Shown piece by piece: positions 1 through 10,254 of a stretch of 64,000 nt of DNA (its first letter is position 1; each line of letters opens with the position of its first letter). Both the position numbers and the translations under genes were made by a program. Location of the stretch: the NCBI GenBank assembly GCA_018646605.1, contig JABGUL010000015.1, positions 12,688-76,687 of the forward strand, read 5' to 3'. A model generated the notes under the pieces. The model saw only the letters and a list, made by a program, of their open reading frames with translations, ran no database searches and was not told where the DNA came from. Origin of the DNA: Flavobacteriaceae bacterium (GTDB taxonomy: Bacteria > Bacteroidota > Bacteroidia > Flavobacteriales > Flavobacteriaceae).

Positions 1-308
1 GAAGCAATACGATAGCCATTTTTTAAAATCATACCTGCTGGCCCTCCTCTTTTTTTGGTAGGCCCCATGATTTTATGATAGGGTTCATGAGAAAAACCTT
101 TTAAAACAGCAATTCTTAAATCTCTTGAGCCACTGTATTCGTTGTCTTTGGCAAAAGTTATAGCAGTTTCCAACTTTCCTTCATCAATCTTAAATTCGTT
201 AGGTTCTTTTTCTTCCCATGCTCCACTGGAAGGAGGAAAATAGCTCTGACCGATGACGAGGGTGCTCCAAAAAAAAAGGAATATCAGCGGTTTTAAATGT
301 AGCTTCAT
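1..308 (-). CDS. N-terminal fragment of a secreted protein; its 3' end runs off the window. Function uncertain, possibly a serine hydrolase
   Basis: My own minus-strand translation from the ATG at 308..306 gives MKLHLKPLIFLFFWSTLVIGQSYFPPSSGAWEEKEPNEFKIDEGKLETAITFAKDNEYSGSRDLRIAVLKGFSHEPYHKIMGPTKKRGGPAGMILKNGYRIAS. The frame stays open to position 1 and the N-terminus looks like a signal peptide. It is missing from the ORF track because it is truncated. Confidence 0.5.
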   Translation of the reverse strand, partial: MKLHLKPLIFLFFWSTLVIGQSYFPPSSGAWEEKEPNEFKIDEGKLETAITFAKDNEYSGSRDLRIAVLKGFSHEPYHKIMGPTKKRGGPAGMILKNGYRIA

Positions 309-402
309 AAATAGAAATTTAGTTATTTATTGTGTCGAAGATTAAAGATAAGTAAATTAGATTTCCACAAATATGTTTCTGCATATTTAAAAAAAACCAA
401 AG

Positions 403-1182
403 ATGAAACCTGATTTACATATTACAGCTTTACAAGTGCCCTTGGTTTGGGAAGAAACTATTCAAAATCGTGAATTCATCACCAAACAACTTCATAAATT
501 TTCAGAAAAAACAGATCTGGTACTATTGCCTGAAATGTTCACTTCCGGGTTTACAATGAATCCTGAGGCAGTAGCAGAGACAATGAAAGGAGATACCATT
601 CTGTGGATGAAGGAATGGGCAACAAAACTAGGAAGTGCTATTGGAGGGAGTTTAGTTATTAAAGAGGGAAATAAATTTTATAATCGTTTCATTTTTATTT
701 CTCCCGAAGGAGAAGTAAACTACTATGACAAGCGGCATCCTTTTACTTTAGCTGGAGAACACTTGGTTTATTCATCAGGATTTGAAGAAGGGATTATAGA
801 ATACAAAGGATGGAAAATATGTTTACGAATTTGTTACGATTTACGTTTCCCTGTATGGTCGCGAAATACTCATAATTATGATGTATTAATATATGTGGCC
901 AACTGGCCTAAACCTAGAATTAACGCTTGGGATGTACTCCTTCAAGCACGTGCTATTGAAAATATGAGTTATGTGTTTGGTGTCAATAGGATTGGGGGAG
1001 ATGAGAAAGGACATATTTATCCAGGGCATACTGCAGCATATGATGGTTTAGGAAATTGTATTTCAGAAGCATCCGTAGTTTCGGAATTTATAATTAATGC
1101 AAAGCTTAATTATCTGAAGCTTCAAGAACTCCGGAAGAAGTTGCGCTTTCTGGAAGATCGGGATAATTTTGAGATGTATTAA
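403..1182 (+). CDS. Carbon-nitrogen hydrolase family protein (nitrilase/omega-amidase, YafV-like)
   Basis: 259 aa. Contains the family's catalytic-triad context: LLPEMF (Glu), YDKRHPF (Lys) and ICYDLRFP (Cys). Length is typical of omega-amidases. Confidence 0.85.
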   Translation: MKPDLHITALQVPLVWEETIQNREFITKQLHKFSEKTDLVLLPEMFTSGFTMNPEAVAETMKGDTILWMKEWATKLGSAIGGSLVIKEGNKFYNRFIFISPEGEVNYYDKRHPFTLAGEHLVYSSGFEEGIIEYKGWKICLRICYDLRFPVWSRNTHNYDVLIYVANWPKPRINAWDVLLQARAIENMSYVFGVNRIGGDEKGHIYPGHTAAYDGLGNCISEASVVSEFIINAKLNYLKLQELRKKLRFLEDRDNFEMY

Positions 1183-2770
1183 ATGTTTCATTCATGTCCC
1201 AATTAGCTCGTAAATCAATCTCTTTCCAATAATAAATCACTTTTTCAGGCAAGATTTTCTTCAGATAATCTCCTGTATCCCATTGTTTGTTTTCATTGGG
1301 ATCTTCTATAAGGCGAATGGTATATTTCCCTGAATCTAATAATTCAAAAGTATAATTGTTTCCTTCAACAGGAGAATCATAACGGCGGACTACTTTTTTA
1401 TTATTCAATAACTCAATAATATAGGGATATGGGGTTTGATGTTGCACCCTTAAGTAGATATTTCCGTAGTCTTCAATTTTTTTGGTGGAAGTTTTAAAAA
1501 CAAGGGTATCATGTGTCTGCCCCCAAAAATCTTTGAGTGCGTCAGGGAGGAGTTTTATTTGATATACGTCATTTGGAGAAACCTCAAAATCAACGGTAAC
1601 TCGGTCATAATTATCTTCAATTTTCAGGAAAGAAGGAATTTGTATTGTGTCCTTATTAGTAACGATTAATTTATCTGAATTCACTTCGGTAATGGGTAAA
1701 TTGCTTTCTAATTCAAGTTTGTTTTTTAATTTTAGGCTTCCTGAAGTTAATTTTTTAATGACTAAAGAATCCTCAATGGGGTCTTTAAAAAATACAGTTT
1801 TGGTTCTCAAAGTATCTTGAATTTCAATTTCAAATTTTAAGGAATCTAAAGTGGCTCCTTTGAACCAGTAATTTAATGTGTCAGTAGTTCGACTTTTATT
1901 AACCAGCGATTCAAAACTCTCAGGCACATCACTCACCATTTTGAAGGGTTCATCTTTGTGTTCACCATAATATGCAAGTGCAATATGATGATCATTAATA
2001 AAATTAGGCTTGTCCCAAATGAAATTTGTACGTTCTTTAAAAATGCGTAAATCAATTACAGAGTCTTGTGGAAGTTCAATGAGTCGATCTATGTATCCTA
2101 TTTTGTCTGAACTTTGATCAAAAAAATAATTTCCTGCAACATCTTCTAACGCAATAAGAGCATATTTTCCAGCGCGTAAGTTTTGAAAGCGATAAATGGT
2201 AGTGTCAAGGGTACTACTAACGTACAAAGGCTTTTTCGTATATATCGTAGAGTCTTTATAGGCCGTGTCAACAGGATATAGTTGTAATGAAATAAAGGGA
2301 TTGGTTTTTTGTTCAAAAGCATCCGTAATTCGGCCTCTTATGTAAAGTGAATCTATGGTGGCTCCAGTTGATAATGTGTAGCTTAAATAAGGGCTAGGAT
2401 TGGATTCGTTAAAATCAACGATCCCTTCTCCAAAATTAAAGGTATAAGTTGTATTTTCTAGTAAGGTGTCCAACAATTTGATGGTCACTTTTTTTGATGC
2501 TCCAGTTGTAGGATAAACCTTATACTGGTCAGAATTTAAGGGGGGAGAAATAATAAGCTGCTTGCTTACATTTTTGAGGGTAATATATTCATCAAAAGTT
2601 AGTTTGATTTCCTCTTTATCAAAAAAGGTGGTGTTCATCTTTGGTGAGGCATTAATCAAAATAGGTGGAATTGAATCTTTAGATCCGCCAGTAGGGGATG
2701 CCCTTTTGGCGCATTGAAACGTGTTTAATAGAATAAAACCCAGAAGTAAGAGCGTGCCGGTGCGTTTCAT
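1106..2770 (-). CDS. Ig-like-domain lipoprotein, function unknown
   Basis: 554 aa. Signal peptide with a lipobox-like NTFQC, followed by beta-rich sequence. The last 77 nt overlap the convergent gene at 403..1182. Confidence 0.5.
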   Translation of the reverse strand: MKRTGTLLLLGFILLNTFQCAKRASPTGGSKDSIPPILINASPKMNTTFFDKEEIKLTFDEYITLKNVSKQLIISPPLNSDQYKVYPTTGASKKVTIKLLDTLLENTTYTFNFGEGIVDFNESNPSPYLSYTLSTGATIDSLYIRGRITDAFEQKTNPFISLQLYPVDTAYKDSTIYTKKPLYVSSTLDTTIYRFQNLRAGKYALIALEDVAGNYFFDQSSDKIGYIDRLIELPQDSVIDLRIFKERTNFIWDKPNFINDHHIALAYYGEHKDEPFKMVSDVPESFESLVNKSRTTDTLNYWFKGATLDSLKFEIEIQDTLRTKTVFFKDPIEDSLVIKKLTSGSLKLKNKLELESNLPITEVNSDKLIVTNKDTIQIPSFLKIEDNYDRVTVDFEVSPNDVYQIKLLPDALKDFWGQTHDTLVFKTSTKKIEDYGNIYLRVQHQTPYPYIIELLNNKKVVRRYDSPVEGNNYTFELLDSGKYTIRLIEDPNENKQWDTGDYLKKILPEKVIYYWKEIDLRANWDMNETFNTSQNYPDLPESATSSGVLEASDN

Positions 2771-2830
2771 TAATTTTTTTGTAAAGGTTTTCTCTTTTTA
2801 GATTCCTCACAAAATAACATAATATTCTAC

Positions 2831-3532
2831 TTACAACCTACAAGCTAGGGCAGCGATACTCAATTTTAATGAACTATTTTTTTTTAACGCATCAGCACAA
2901 GCAGATAAAGTTGCACCTGTTGTGATTACATCATCCACCAAAAGAAGATGATTGGGTAATCTTTTATAGGATGAGTTTATTACAAAAGCATCTTTAATTT
3001 CGTTCCAACGGTCTTCATCACCAATATGTGCCAAGGCTTTTGTTTTTTTTAAACGAATCAATCCATCTGCATAGAAAGGAATTTTTAGTTTTTGGGCGAT
3101 AACTTTTCCAATAATTTCTGCTTGATTAAAACCTCTTTTTCTTTTTCTAGTGTGGTGAAGAGGGAGGGGGACAATACCTTCTATTTCTCTAAATAAAAGA
3201 CTTTCTTTTAATGCAATTGTCAAATAATGTGTTAATAACAGTCCACTTTGGTGGTTGCCCTTGTACTTAAAATCATAAATCAAATGAGCAACCAGTCCTT
3301 CTTTTTGAAATATAAAAGCTGCAGTAGCCGCCTCAATAGGAAAAAGTAAATCTAGTTTATTGAAAACAGGATTCTTTCGGGTATTTTGAAAATGAGTTTG
3401 GGGAAGTTCTATTTGACAAGTGATACACAAGGTGGATTCATAAAAATTTAAATACCGATTGCATCCAAGGCAACTTCTGGGAAAAAGGAGGTCTGATAGG
3501 GATTGAAGTGTAGGAGAATGTAATTTTTTCAT
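2831..3532 (-). CDS. comF: ComF-family phosphoribosyltransferase-domain protein
   Basis: N-terminal double CxxC zinc finger (CLGCNRY...CITCQ) and a C-terminal PRPP-binding loop (LLVDDVITTGATL). The likely start is the internal Met at 3532; the ORF track extends to 3565. Confidence 0.8.
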   Translation of the reverse strand: MKKLHSPTLQSLSDLLFPRSCLGCNRYLNFYESTLCITCQIELPQTHFQNTRKNPVFNKLDLLFPIEAATAAFIFQKEGLVAHLIYDFKYKGNHQSGLLLTHYLTIALKESLLFREIEGIVPLPLHHTRKRKRGFNQAEIIGKVIAQKLKIPFYADGLIRLKKTKALAHIGDEDRWNEIKDAFVINSSYKRLPNHLLLVDDVITTGATLSACADALKKNSSLKLSIAALACRL

Positions 3533-3584
3533 AGATTCCGATTTAGAGCTCCATAAAAATAACAAAAAGGATTATTTTTACGCC

Positions 3585-5126
3585 ATGGCTCAACAAATAG
3601 ATCAATTCAAAAAAGTAATTTCCCATGCCAAAGAGTATGGATTTGTATTTCCTTCAAGTGAAATTTATGACGGTTTAAGTGCTGTTTATGATTACGCTCA
3701 AAACGGATCTGCTTTAAAAAATAACATTCGGGAGTATTGGTGGAAATCAATGGTTCAACTAAATGAAAATATTGTGGGAATAGATGCTGCAATTTTTATG
3801 CATCCAACCACATGGAAAGCTTCAGGACATGTTGATGCCTTCAACGACCCTTTGATTGACAACAAGGTTTCTAAAAAGCGTTATCGTGCCGATGTATTGG
3901 TAGAAGATTATGTAGCCAAAATTGAAACTAAAATTGAGAAAGAAGTAGCCAAAGCAGCAAAACGATTTGGAGATACTTTTGATGAAAAACAATTTAAAGA
4001 AACCAACCCACGAGTTTTGGGGTATCAAGAAACGGCAAATGCTATTTTAAAGCGGCTTGGGCAATCTCTGGAAAAAGAAGACTTAACAGATGTTAAGGCC
4101 TTGATTGAAGAATTAGAAATTGCTTGTCCAGAGTCAGGATCTAGAGACTGGACAGACGTAAAGCAGTTCAATTTAATGTTTGGAACTAAATTGGGTGCTT
4201 CAGCAGAGTCTGCAATGGATTTATATTTACGACCCGAAACGGCACAAGGGATTTTTGTCAATTTCTTAAATGTTCAAAAAACGGGACGAATGAAACTTCC
4301 TTTTGGAATAGCACAAACAGGAAAGGCCTTCCGTAATGAAATTGTTGCACGTCAATTTATTTTTAGAATGCGCGAATTTGAACAAATGGAAATGCAATTC
4401 TTTATCCCCCCTGGGACTCAAAAGGGATGGTATGAGCACTGGAAAGAAACACGTCTCAATTGGCATCTTAATTTGGGAATGGGTAAGGACAACTATCGTT
4501 TTCATGATCATGAAAAATTGGCTCATTATGCAGATGCAGCATCAGATATAGAATTTCGTTTTCCTTTTGGGTTCAAAGAATTAGAAGGGATTCACTCTCG
4601 TACAGACTTTGATTTAAGTAGTCATGAAAAGTTTACAGGAAAAAAGCTACAGTATTTTGACCCTGAGCGTAATGAAAATTATGTGCCCTATGTGGTTGAA
4701 ACTTCAATAGGATTGGACCGGATGTTTTTGGCAGTCTTTTCAAATGCGCTAAAAGAAGAGGTTTTAGAAGATGGATCTACACGTACGGTTTTAAAATTAC
4801 CTCCAGCACTTTCACCAACAAAGGTTGCGGTTTTACCATTAGTTAAAAAAGATGGTTTACCCGAATTGGCACGTTCAATTGTGGACGAACTAAAATGGAG
4901 TTTTTCTACTAATTACGATGAGAAAGACGCGGTAGGAAGACGCTATCGTAGACAAGATGCACTGGGGACTCCTTATTGCATCACAGTTGATCACCAAAGC
5001 TTAGAAGATCAGACGGTAACCTTACGTGAACGGGATAGTATGCTTCAGGAGCGTATAGGTATCTCCGATTTAGAAAAGGCAATTACAGCACAAGTATCAC
5101 TTGAAACCTTATTGCGAAAACTTTAA
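3585..5126 (+). CDS. glyQS: Glycine--tRNA ligase (dimeric class II type)
   Basis: 513 aa. N-terminus FVFPSSEIYDGLSAVYDY, RPETAQGIFVNF and FRNEI.ARQFIFRMREFEQMEMQFF are GlyRS class II motifs. Confidence 0.93.
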   Translation: MAQQIDQFKKVISHAKEYGFVFPSSEIYDGLSAVYDYAQNGSALKNNIREYWWKSMVQLNENIVGIDAAIFMHPTTWKASGHVDAFNDPLIDNKVSKKRYRADVLVEDYVAKIETKIEKEVAKAAKRFGDTFDEKQFKETNPRVLGYQETANAILKRLGQSLEKEDLTDVKALIEELEIACPESGSRDWTDVKQFNLMFGTKLGASAESAMDLYLRPETAQGIFVNFLNVQKTGRMKLPFGIAQTGKAFRNEIVARQFIFRMREFEQMEMQFFIPPGTQKGWYEHWKETRLNWHLNLGMGKDNYRFHDHEKLAHYADAASDIEFRFPFGFKELEGIHSRTDFDLSSHEKFTGKKLQYFDPERNENYVPYVVETSIGLDRMFLAVFSNALKEEVLEDGSTRTVLKLPPALSPTKVAVLPLVKKDGLPELARSIVDELKWSFSTNYDEKDAVGRRYRRQDALGTPYCITVDHQSLEDQTVTLRERDSMLQERIGISDLEKAITAQVSLETLLRKL

Positions 5127-5686
5127 AATCTTTTTCCTATTGAAAGCCCAATCCTAGGATAGGCTTGAATTTCTTGATTGTTTAGAAAGCGCCCTGCTCC
5201 AGCAAAAATTTCAAAGGCATAATTACTGTGATTAACAAATTTATAGCCCAACGTGACTCCCAAAGAAATACCCACATATTTTTGGTGGTATAAATTGCCA
5301 AAATTATTGGTTTGAAAATTGTAGTCATAGAATTCGGTTTCACCTGCACTTACTCCTGAGAAAACCTCTGTAAAGAGTCCTTTGTTGTCAAGTTTATCTT
5401 GACGCTGGAAATAAATCCGATAGTATGGAGCGATTTCAAACTTTTCATACCGATATCCTTCATCTAAACCGAAATTCACAAAACCATAGACACCATAACT
5501 AGAGGTGGGATTTATGAAATGTTCAAAGGTTATACCAATGGCAGGCATTACCAATAATTCAAGCATATTTAATTTAAGCTCGTTTTTTTTATCTGTTTCA
5601 GTAGCTGGGCTATCATTTGTGATATCCTGCGCTAATAATAGACTAGAAATAAAAAATAAACTTAGAAATAAATTAATTGGTTTCAT
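5123..5686 (-). CDS. Small outer-membrane beta-barrel-like protein, function unknown
   Basis: Signal peptide MKPINLFLSLFFISSLLLAQ, alternating aromatic/Gly-rich strands and a C-terminal Phe (GKRF). Start taken at the internal Met at 5686. Its stop codon overlaps the glyQS stop (TTAA). Confidence 0.4.
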   Translation of the reverse strand: MKPINLFLSLFFISSLLLAQDITNDSPATETDKKNELKLNMLELLVMPAIGITFEHFINPTSSYGVYGFVNFGLDEGYRYEKFEIAPYYRIYFQRQDKLDNKGLFTEVFSGVSAGETEFYDYNFQTNNFGNLYHQKYVGISLGVTLGYKFVNHSNYAFEIFAGAGRFLNNQEIQAYPRIGLSIGKRF

Positions 5687-5779
5687 TGGATGCTTTTTTG
5701 AATCATATCTACTCAAATTCTGTACCATCTGGCACAATAATTAATATTTTTTTATAACCAAGAGTATTTTTTATCTTCG

Positions 5780-6553
5780 TTGAAAAAGGATTTGAAGATA
5801 CTTTCGTACAATGTTAATGGAATTAGGGCAGCGCTCAACAAAGGATTTGCATCTTGGTTAGACTCTACTGCTGCTGATGTCATTTGTATACAAGAAATTA
5901 AAGCGCTTGAGAAACAGGTTGATACAGCGGCTCTAGAAGCTTTAGGCTATCATCATTTTTGGTTTTCTGCACAAAAAAAAGGGTACAGTGGCGTTGCTAT
6001 TTTTTCTAAAATAAAACCCACTAATGTAACCTTTGGTTGTGGTATTGAACACATGGATTTTGAAGGCAGAATTATTCGAGCTGATTTTGATAAAGTTTCC
6101 ATAATGAGCTTGTATTTACCCTCCGGGACAAATATTGATCGATTGGAATATAAATTCAAATTCATGGCTGAATTTCAAGAGTATATTGACCTTTTGAAAA
6201 AAGAGTTTCCGAATTTGATTATTTGCGGGGATTATAATATTTGCCACCATGCAATTGACATTCATGATCCTGTTCGAAATAAAAATGTCTCTGGATTTTT
6301 ACCAGAAGAACGCAAATGGCTAGATGGTTTTATAACCTCAGGTTTTATTGATTCATTCCGATATTTAAACCCAGAACCTCATCATTACAGTTGGTGGAGT
6401 TATCGTTCAAATGCAAGAAACAACAACAAGGGTTGGCGTATAGATTATGCGTTAGTTAGTGAATCTTTGAAAGATAACATTAATCGCGCTTACATTTTAC
6501 CTGAAGCCAAACATTCTGATCATTGCCCTGTTGGGGTAGAATTAAATTTTTAA
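5780..6553 (+). CDS. xth: Exodeoxyribonuclease III
   Basis: 257 aa. SYNVNGIRA, ICIQEIK, GDYNICH and SDHCPV are ExoIII/AP-endonuclease motifs. The apparent start codon is TTG. Confidence 0.92.
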   Translation: MKKDLKILSYNVNGIRAALNKGFASWLDSTAADVICIQEIKALEKQVDTAALEALGYHHFWFSAQKKGYSGVAIFSKIKPTNVTFGCGIEHMDFEGRIIRADFDKVSIMSLYLPSGTNIDRLEYKFKFMAEFQEYIDLLKKEFPNLIICGDYNICHHAIDIHDPVRNKNVSGFLPEERKWLDGFITSGFIDSFRYLNPEPHHYSWWSYRSNARNNNKGWRIDYALVSESLKDNINRAYILPEAKHSDHCPVGVELNF

Positions 6554-6555
6554 AT

Positions 6556-7452
6556 ATGAAAAAATATTCTTTTATAGTGCTACTTGTTTTAATGGTAATA
6601 GTTTCGAGTTGTGTTTCTACCAAAGTATTTAATGATTTAGAATCTCGATATTCTGTTCTAAAAATGGAGCGTCGTTCATTAGAAAAGTCAAGAGATTCTA
6701 CGCAACAAGCATTTGATCTTTTAAACCAAAAATGGCAAGAAACGGAAGGCTATTTACAACGTTCCAGAGATAGTGTTTCTGAGGGCTTGAGCCAGTTGAA
6801 AATCTTGCGTAAAGAATATGCGCTACTTGAACAAAATAGCGATCAAAAGATTCAAGAAAGTATAGGTGCAAACAATGCTTTATTAAAAGAAATCGCAGTC
6901 AAAGAAGCTCAGTTATTAGCCCGTTCTGAACGTGTGGATCAATTAGAATTATTGATGTCAGAGCAAAAAGAAGCATTGCTAGAATTGAAAAAACGCCTTT
7001 CGGATGCACTATTAAACTTTGAAGGAAAAGGTCTTACTGTTGAACAGCGAAACGGGAAGGTGTATATTTCTATGGAAAACAAACTTTTATTCAAATCGGG
7101 GAGTTGGAATGTGGGAAGTCAAGGGCAAGAAGCATTGGGCCAACTGGGAACTGTTTTAGCAGAAAATCCAGATATTGTTGTTGTGATAGAGGGACATACT
7201 GACAATGTGCCTTTTAGTCCAAAAGAGGCCTTAGAATCCAATTGGGATTTATCTACTAAGAGGGCAACAGCCGTGGTGAAAATTTTATTAAATAACGAAT
7301 CGGTTTTACCTCAGAATCTAACGGCAGCTGGGCGAAGTGAATACGTTCCAATCGCACCAAATAACAATGCAACAGGTCGTGCAGTTAATCGTAGAATTGA
7401 AATAATATTAAGCCCCCAGTGGGATGAAATAAATGCCTTACTAAATAATTAA
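6556..7452 (+). CDS. OmpA/MotB-family protein with an N-terminal coiled-coil
   Basis: Signal/lipoprotein N-terminus (VSSC), a long heptad-rich region and a C-terminal OmpA-like peptidoglycan-binding motif (GHTDNVP...NWDLSTKRA...NRRIEI). Confidence 0.85.
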   Translation: MKKYSFIVLLVLMVIVSSCVSTKVFNDLESRYSVLKMERRSLEKSRDSTQQAFDLLNQKWQETEGYLQRSRDSVSEGLSQLKILRKEYALLEQNSDQKIQESIGANNALLKEIAVKEAQLLARSERVDQLELLMSEQKEALLELKKRLSDALLNFEGKGLTVEQRNGKVYISMENKLLFKSGSWNVGSQGQEALGQLGTVLAENPDIVVVIEGHTDNVPFSPKEALESNWDLSTKRATAVVKILLNNESVLPQNLTAAGRSEYVPIAPNNNATGRAVNRRIEIILSPQWDEINALLNN

Positions 7453-7457
7453 AATAG

Positions 7458-8495
7458 ATGGATTATAATTTTTTACCTGATACTGATATTGAAGTCAGTA
7501 AAATTTGCCTTGGGACTATGACTTGGGGTAGACAAAATAGTGAAGCCGAAGGACATGCTCAAATGGATTATGCAGTAGAACATGGAGTCAATTTTTTTGA
7601 TACCGCTGAGCTATATCCAGTTCCACCTCGAAAAGAAGAGCAAGGAGATACAGAGAAGTTTATCGGAACCTGGTTTAAAAAAACTGGAAATAGAAAAAAT
7701 GTTATTCTAGCTTCTAAAATTGCTGGTCCAGCAGAATTCACACAGCATGTTAGAACAGATAAGAGTTTTTCCAAAAGAACTATTGATACTGCAATTGAAG
7801 GGAGTTTAAAGCGCCTTCAAACTGATTATATCGACCTTTATCAAATTCATTGGCCAGAGCGAAATACAAATTACTTTGGGAAGAGAGGTCACCATTATGA
7901 AAAGGGTGAAGTATGGGAGGAAAATTTTGAACTTGTTTTAGATGCATTGAATTCGCATGTTAAAGCGGGTAATATTCGTCATGTAGGATTGTCAAACGAG
8001 ACCCCGTGGGGCACAATGAAATACCTTCAGGCACAGAATGAAAATCGACCTAAAATGCGGACGATACAAAACCCCTATTCTTTATTGAATAGAACATTTG
8101 AGGTAGGAAATGCGGAAGTGTGTCATCGCGAAAATGTGGGCTTGTTGGCCTATTCTCCTCTAGCTTTCGGTGTCTTAAGCGGAAAATATCGTGCAGGTAA
8201 AAGACCTGAAAATGGAAGAATTACCTTATTCCCAAATTATAGCCGATATAGTAATGCTCAATGTAATCAGGCAGTTGATCTTTATCATGACCTTGCCATT
8301 GCAAATGGGATGACTCTCACACAAATGGCGTTGTCTTTTGTAAATGATCGTCCTTTTGTGACCAGTAATATTATTGGAGCAACTTCTTTGGAGCAACTCA
8401 AGGAAAACATTGGCACAGCCTCAATTAAATTATCTAGCGAAGTTTTAAAAGTAATTGATGAAATACAGGAATTGGTGCCAAACCCAGCGCCGTAA
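7458..8495 (+). CDS. Aldo/keto reductase (Tas-like NADP(H)-dependent oxidoreductase)
   Basis: 345 aa. LGTMTWG, FFDTAELY and DLYQIHWP are AKR family motifs. Confidence 0.88.
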   Translation: MDYNFLPDTDIEVSKICLGTMTWGRQNSEAEGHAQMDYAVEHGVNFFDTAELYPVPPRKEEQGDTEKFIGTWFKKTGNRKNVILASKIAGPAEFTQHVRTDKSFSKRTIDTAIEGSLKRLQTDYIDLYQIHWPERNTNYFGKRGHHYEKGEVWEENFELVLDALNSHVKAGNIRHVGLSNETPWGTMKYLQAQNENRPKMRTIQNPYSLLNRTFEVGNAEVCHRENVGLLAYSPLAFGVLSGKYRAGKRPENGRITLFPNYSRYSNAQCNQAVDLYHDLAIANGMTLTQMALSFVNDRPFVTSNIIGATSLEQLKENIGTASIKLSSEVLKVIDEIQELVPNPAP

Positions 8496-8556
8496 TTTCT
8501 GGTTTAAATCGGATGGATGATATTGAATTGCCTTAGTTTTTAGCAACTTTTTTAAA

Positions 8557-10245
8557 CTACTTTAAGTTCAAAACAGGAATTGCATCGATTAACTTTTTGG
8601 TATAAGTATGTTGTGGTTTTGCATAGAGCTTGTCTGCTTCTTGGAGCTCTTGAAGTTGTCCGTGTTCCATAACCATTACACGGTCAGACATATACTTTAC
8701 AACCGCTAAATCATGAGAGATAAATAGGTAGCTTAAACCCAGTTCTTTTTTCAGGTCATTCAGCAAGTTTAATACTTGGGCTTGAACTGAAATATCAAGG
8801 GCAGCAACACTTTCATCACAAATTAATAGCTTGGGCTCTGTAGCAAGTGCACGTGCAATTACTGCTCGTTGACGCTGACCGCCAGAAAGCTCATGTGGGT
8901 AGCGTTTCGAATACGCGTCACTTAAACCTACTTGATTGAGTAGTTCTTGACATCGCTTCAGCTGCTCTTGAGGTGTAGTTGTTATTTGATGAACATGCAG
9001 TACTTCTGAAATGGCATTACCTATGGTTTTGAGAGGATGCAAAGCCGCATAAGGGTCTTGAAAAATGAACTGAACTTCTTTGCGAAGTTTTCTTAATGCC
9101 CTACTAGATTTTACAATAGGTTTTCCTTCGAATTTAATACTCCCTTTGGAAGGAGGATCTAAATATATTAATGCTTTAGCAAGGGTAGATTTTCCACAAC
9201 CTGATTCACCTACGAGACCCAGAGTCTCACCAGGATAAATAGAGAAATCTAACGATCGTACTGCTTTAAATTCCTGATTTACTCCCCTCCAGCTTCTTTT
9301 TTTATAAATTTTCTCTAGTCCTTTAACTTCAAGAATTGGTGTTTTTTTATAAAGTTTTAAGTGAACTTTTTGTCGTTCTTCTGACGAAATTATAGTCGGT
9401 TGAAATTCTCCAGACTGATAATCCGCTAAAGTGGGTAATCGTTTTAATCGAATTTCCGTTTTTGGACGAGCAAAAAGTAATCCTTTGGTGTAGGGGTGTT
9501 GAGGTATTTTAAATAGTGATTTTGTTTCTCCTTCTTCGACAATTTGTCCTTGATACATTACAAAAACTCTATCTGCCAGTTGTTTTACCAAGGCTAAGTC
9601 ATGGGAGATAAATAAAATACTCATCTTATATTTTTGTTGTAAATTTTTAAGAAGTTGTATGATTTCCTTCTGAACAGTCACGTCTAGTGCGGTGGTAGGT
9701 TCGTCAGCGATTAAGAGTTTAGGCTTACAAAGCAAAGCCATGGCAATCATAATGCGTTGTTTTTGACCACCACTTAGTTGATGAGGATAGGAGGTCAAAA
9801 TACGTTTTGTATCCGTAAGTTGTACTTCAGCTAGCATCTCTCTTATAGTCTGTTTTTGTTCATTTTTTGAAAGAGAAGTGTGTTTCTGCAATACTTCTTG
9901 TAATTGTTTCCCACATCGCATGGAAGGATTTAAGCTAGATTGTGGTTCTTGGAAAACCATTCCAATTGACTTTCCTCGAATTTTTTGCCAGTTTTTAGAG
10001 GTGAGTTCACGAATATTAATTCCATTGAACACCATTCTATTTGCTTTAATGATCGATTTATCTGGTTGTAGCCCAAGGAGTGACAATGCGGTTATAGACT
10101 TTCCACTTCCTGATTCTCCAACAAGGGAAACAATTTCTTGTGTCCCTATTTTAAATGAAATATCATTGAGGATAGTTGCATTTCCGATTCGAAGGGTAAG
10201 ATTTTTTAAATCGATCAACGGGGTGTCAGTAGGTTTTTGTTTCAT
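8557..10245 (-). CDS. ABC transporter ATP-binding protein with two fused ATPase domains (oligopeptide/dipeptide type)
   Basis: 562 aa. Two Walker A sites (GESGSGKS, GESGCGKS), two LSGGQ signatures (LSGGQKQR, LSGGQRQR) and two Walker B sites (LIADEPT, LICDESV). Confidence 0.9.
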   Translation of the reverse strand: MKQKPTDTPLIDLKNLTLRIGNATILNDISFKIGTQEIVSLVGESGSGKSITALSLLGLQPDKSIIKANRMVFNGINIRELTSKNWQKIRGKSIGMVFQEPQSSLNPSMRCGKQLQEVLQKHTSLSKNEQKQTIREMLAEVQLTDTKRILTSYPHQLSGGQKQRIMIAMALLCKPKLLIADEPTTALDVTVQKEIIQLLKNLQQKYKMSILFISHDLALVKQLADRVFVMYQGQIVEEGETKSLFKIPQHPYTKGLLFARPKTEIRLKRLPTLADYQSGEFQPTIISSEERQKVHLKLYKKTPILEVKGLEKIYKKRSWRGVNQEFKAVRSLDFSIYPGETLGLVGESGCGKSTLAKALIYLDPPSKGSIKFEGKPIVKSSRALRKLRKEVQFIFQDPYAALHPLKTIGNAISEVLHVHQITTTPQEQLKRCQELLNQVGLSDAYSKRYPHELSGGQRQRAVIARALATEPKLLICDESVAALDISVQAQVLNLLNDLKKELGLSYLFISHDLAVVKYMSDRVMVMEHGQLQELQEADKLYAKPQHTYTKKLIDAIPVLNLK

Positions 10246-10254
10246 TCAAAAACC

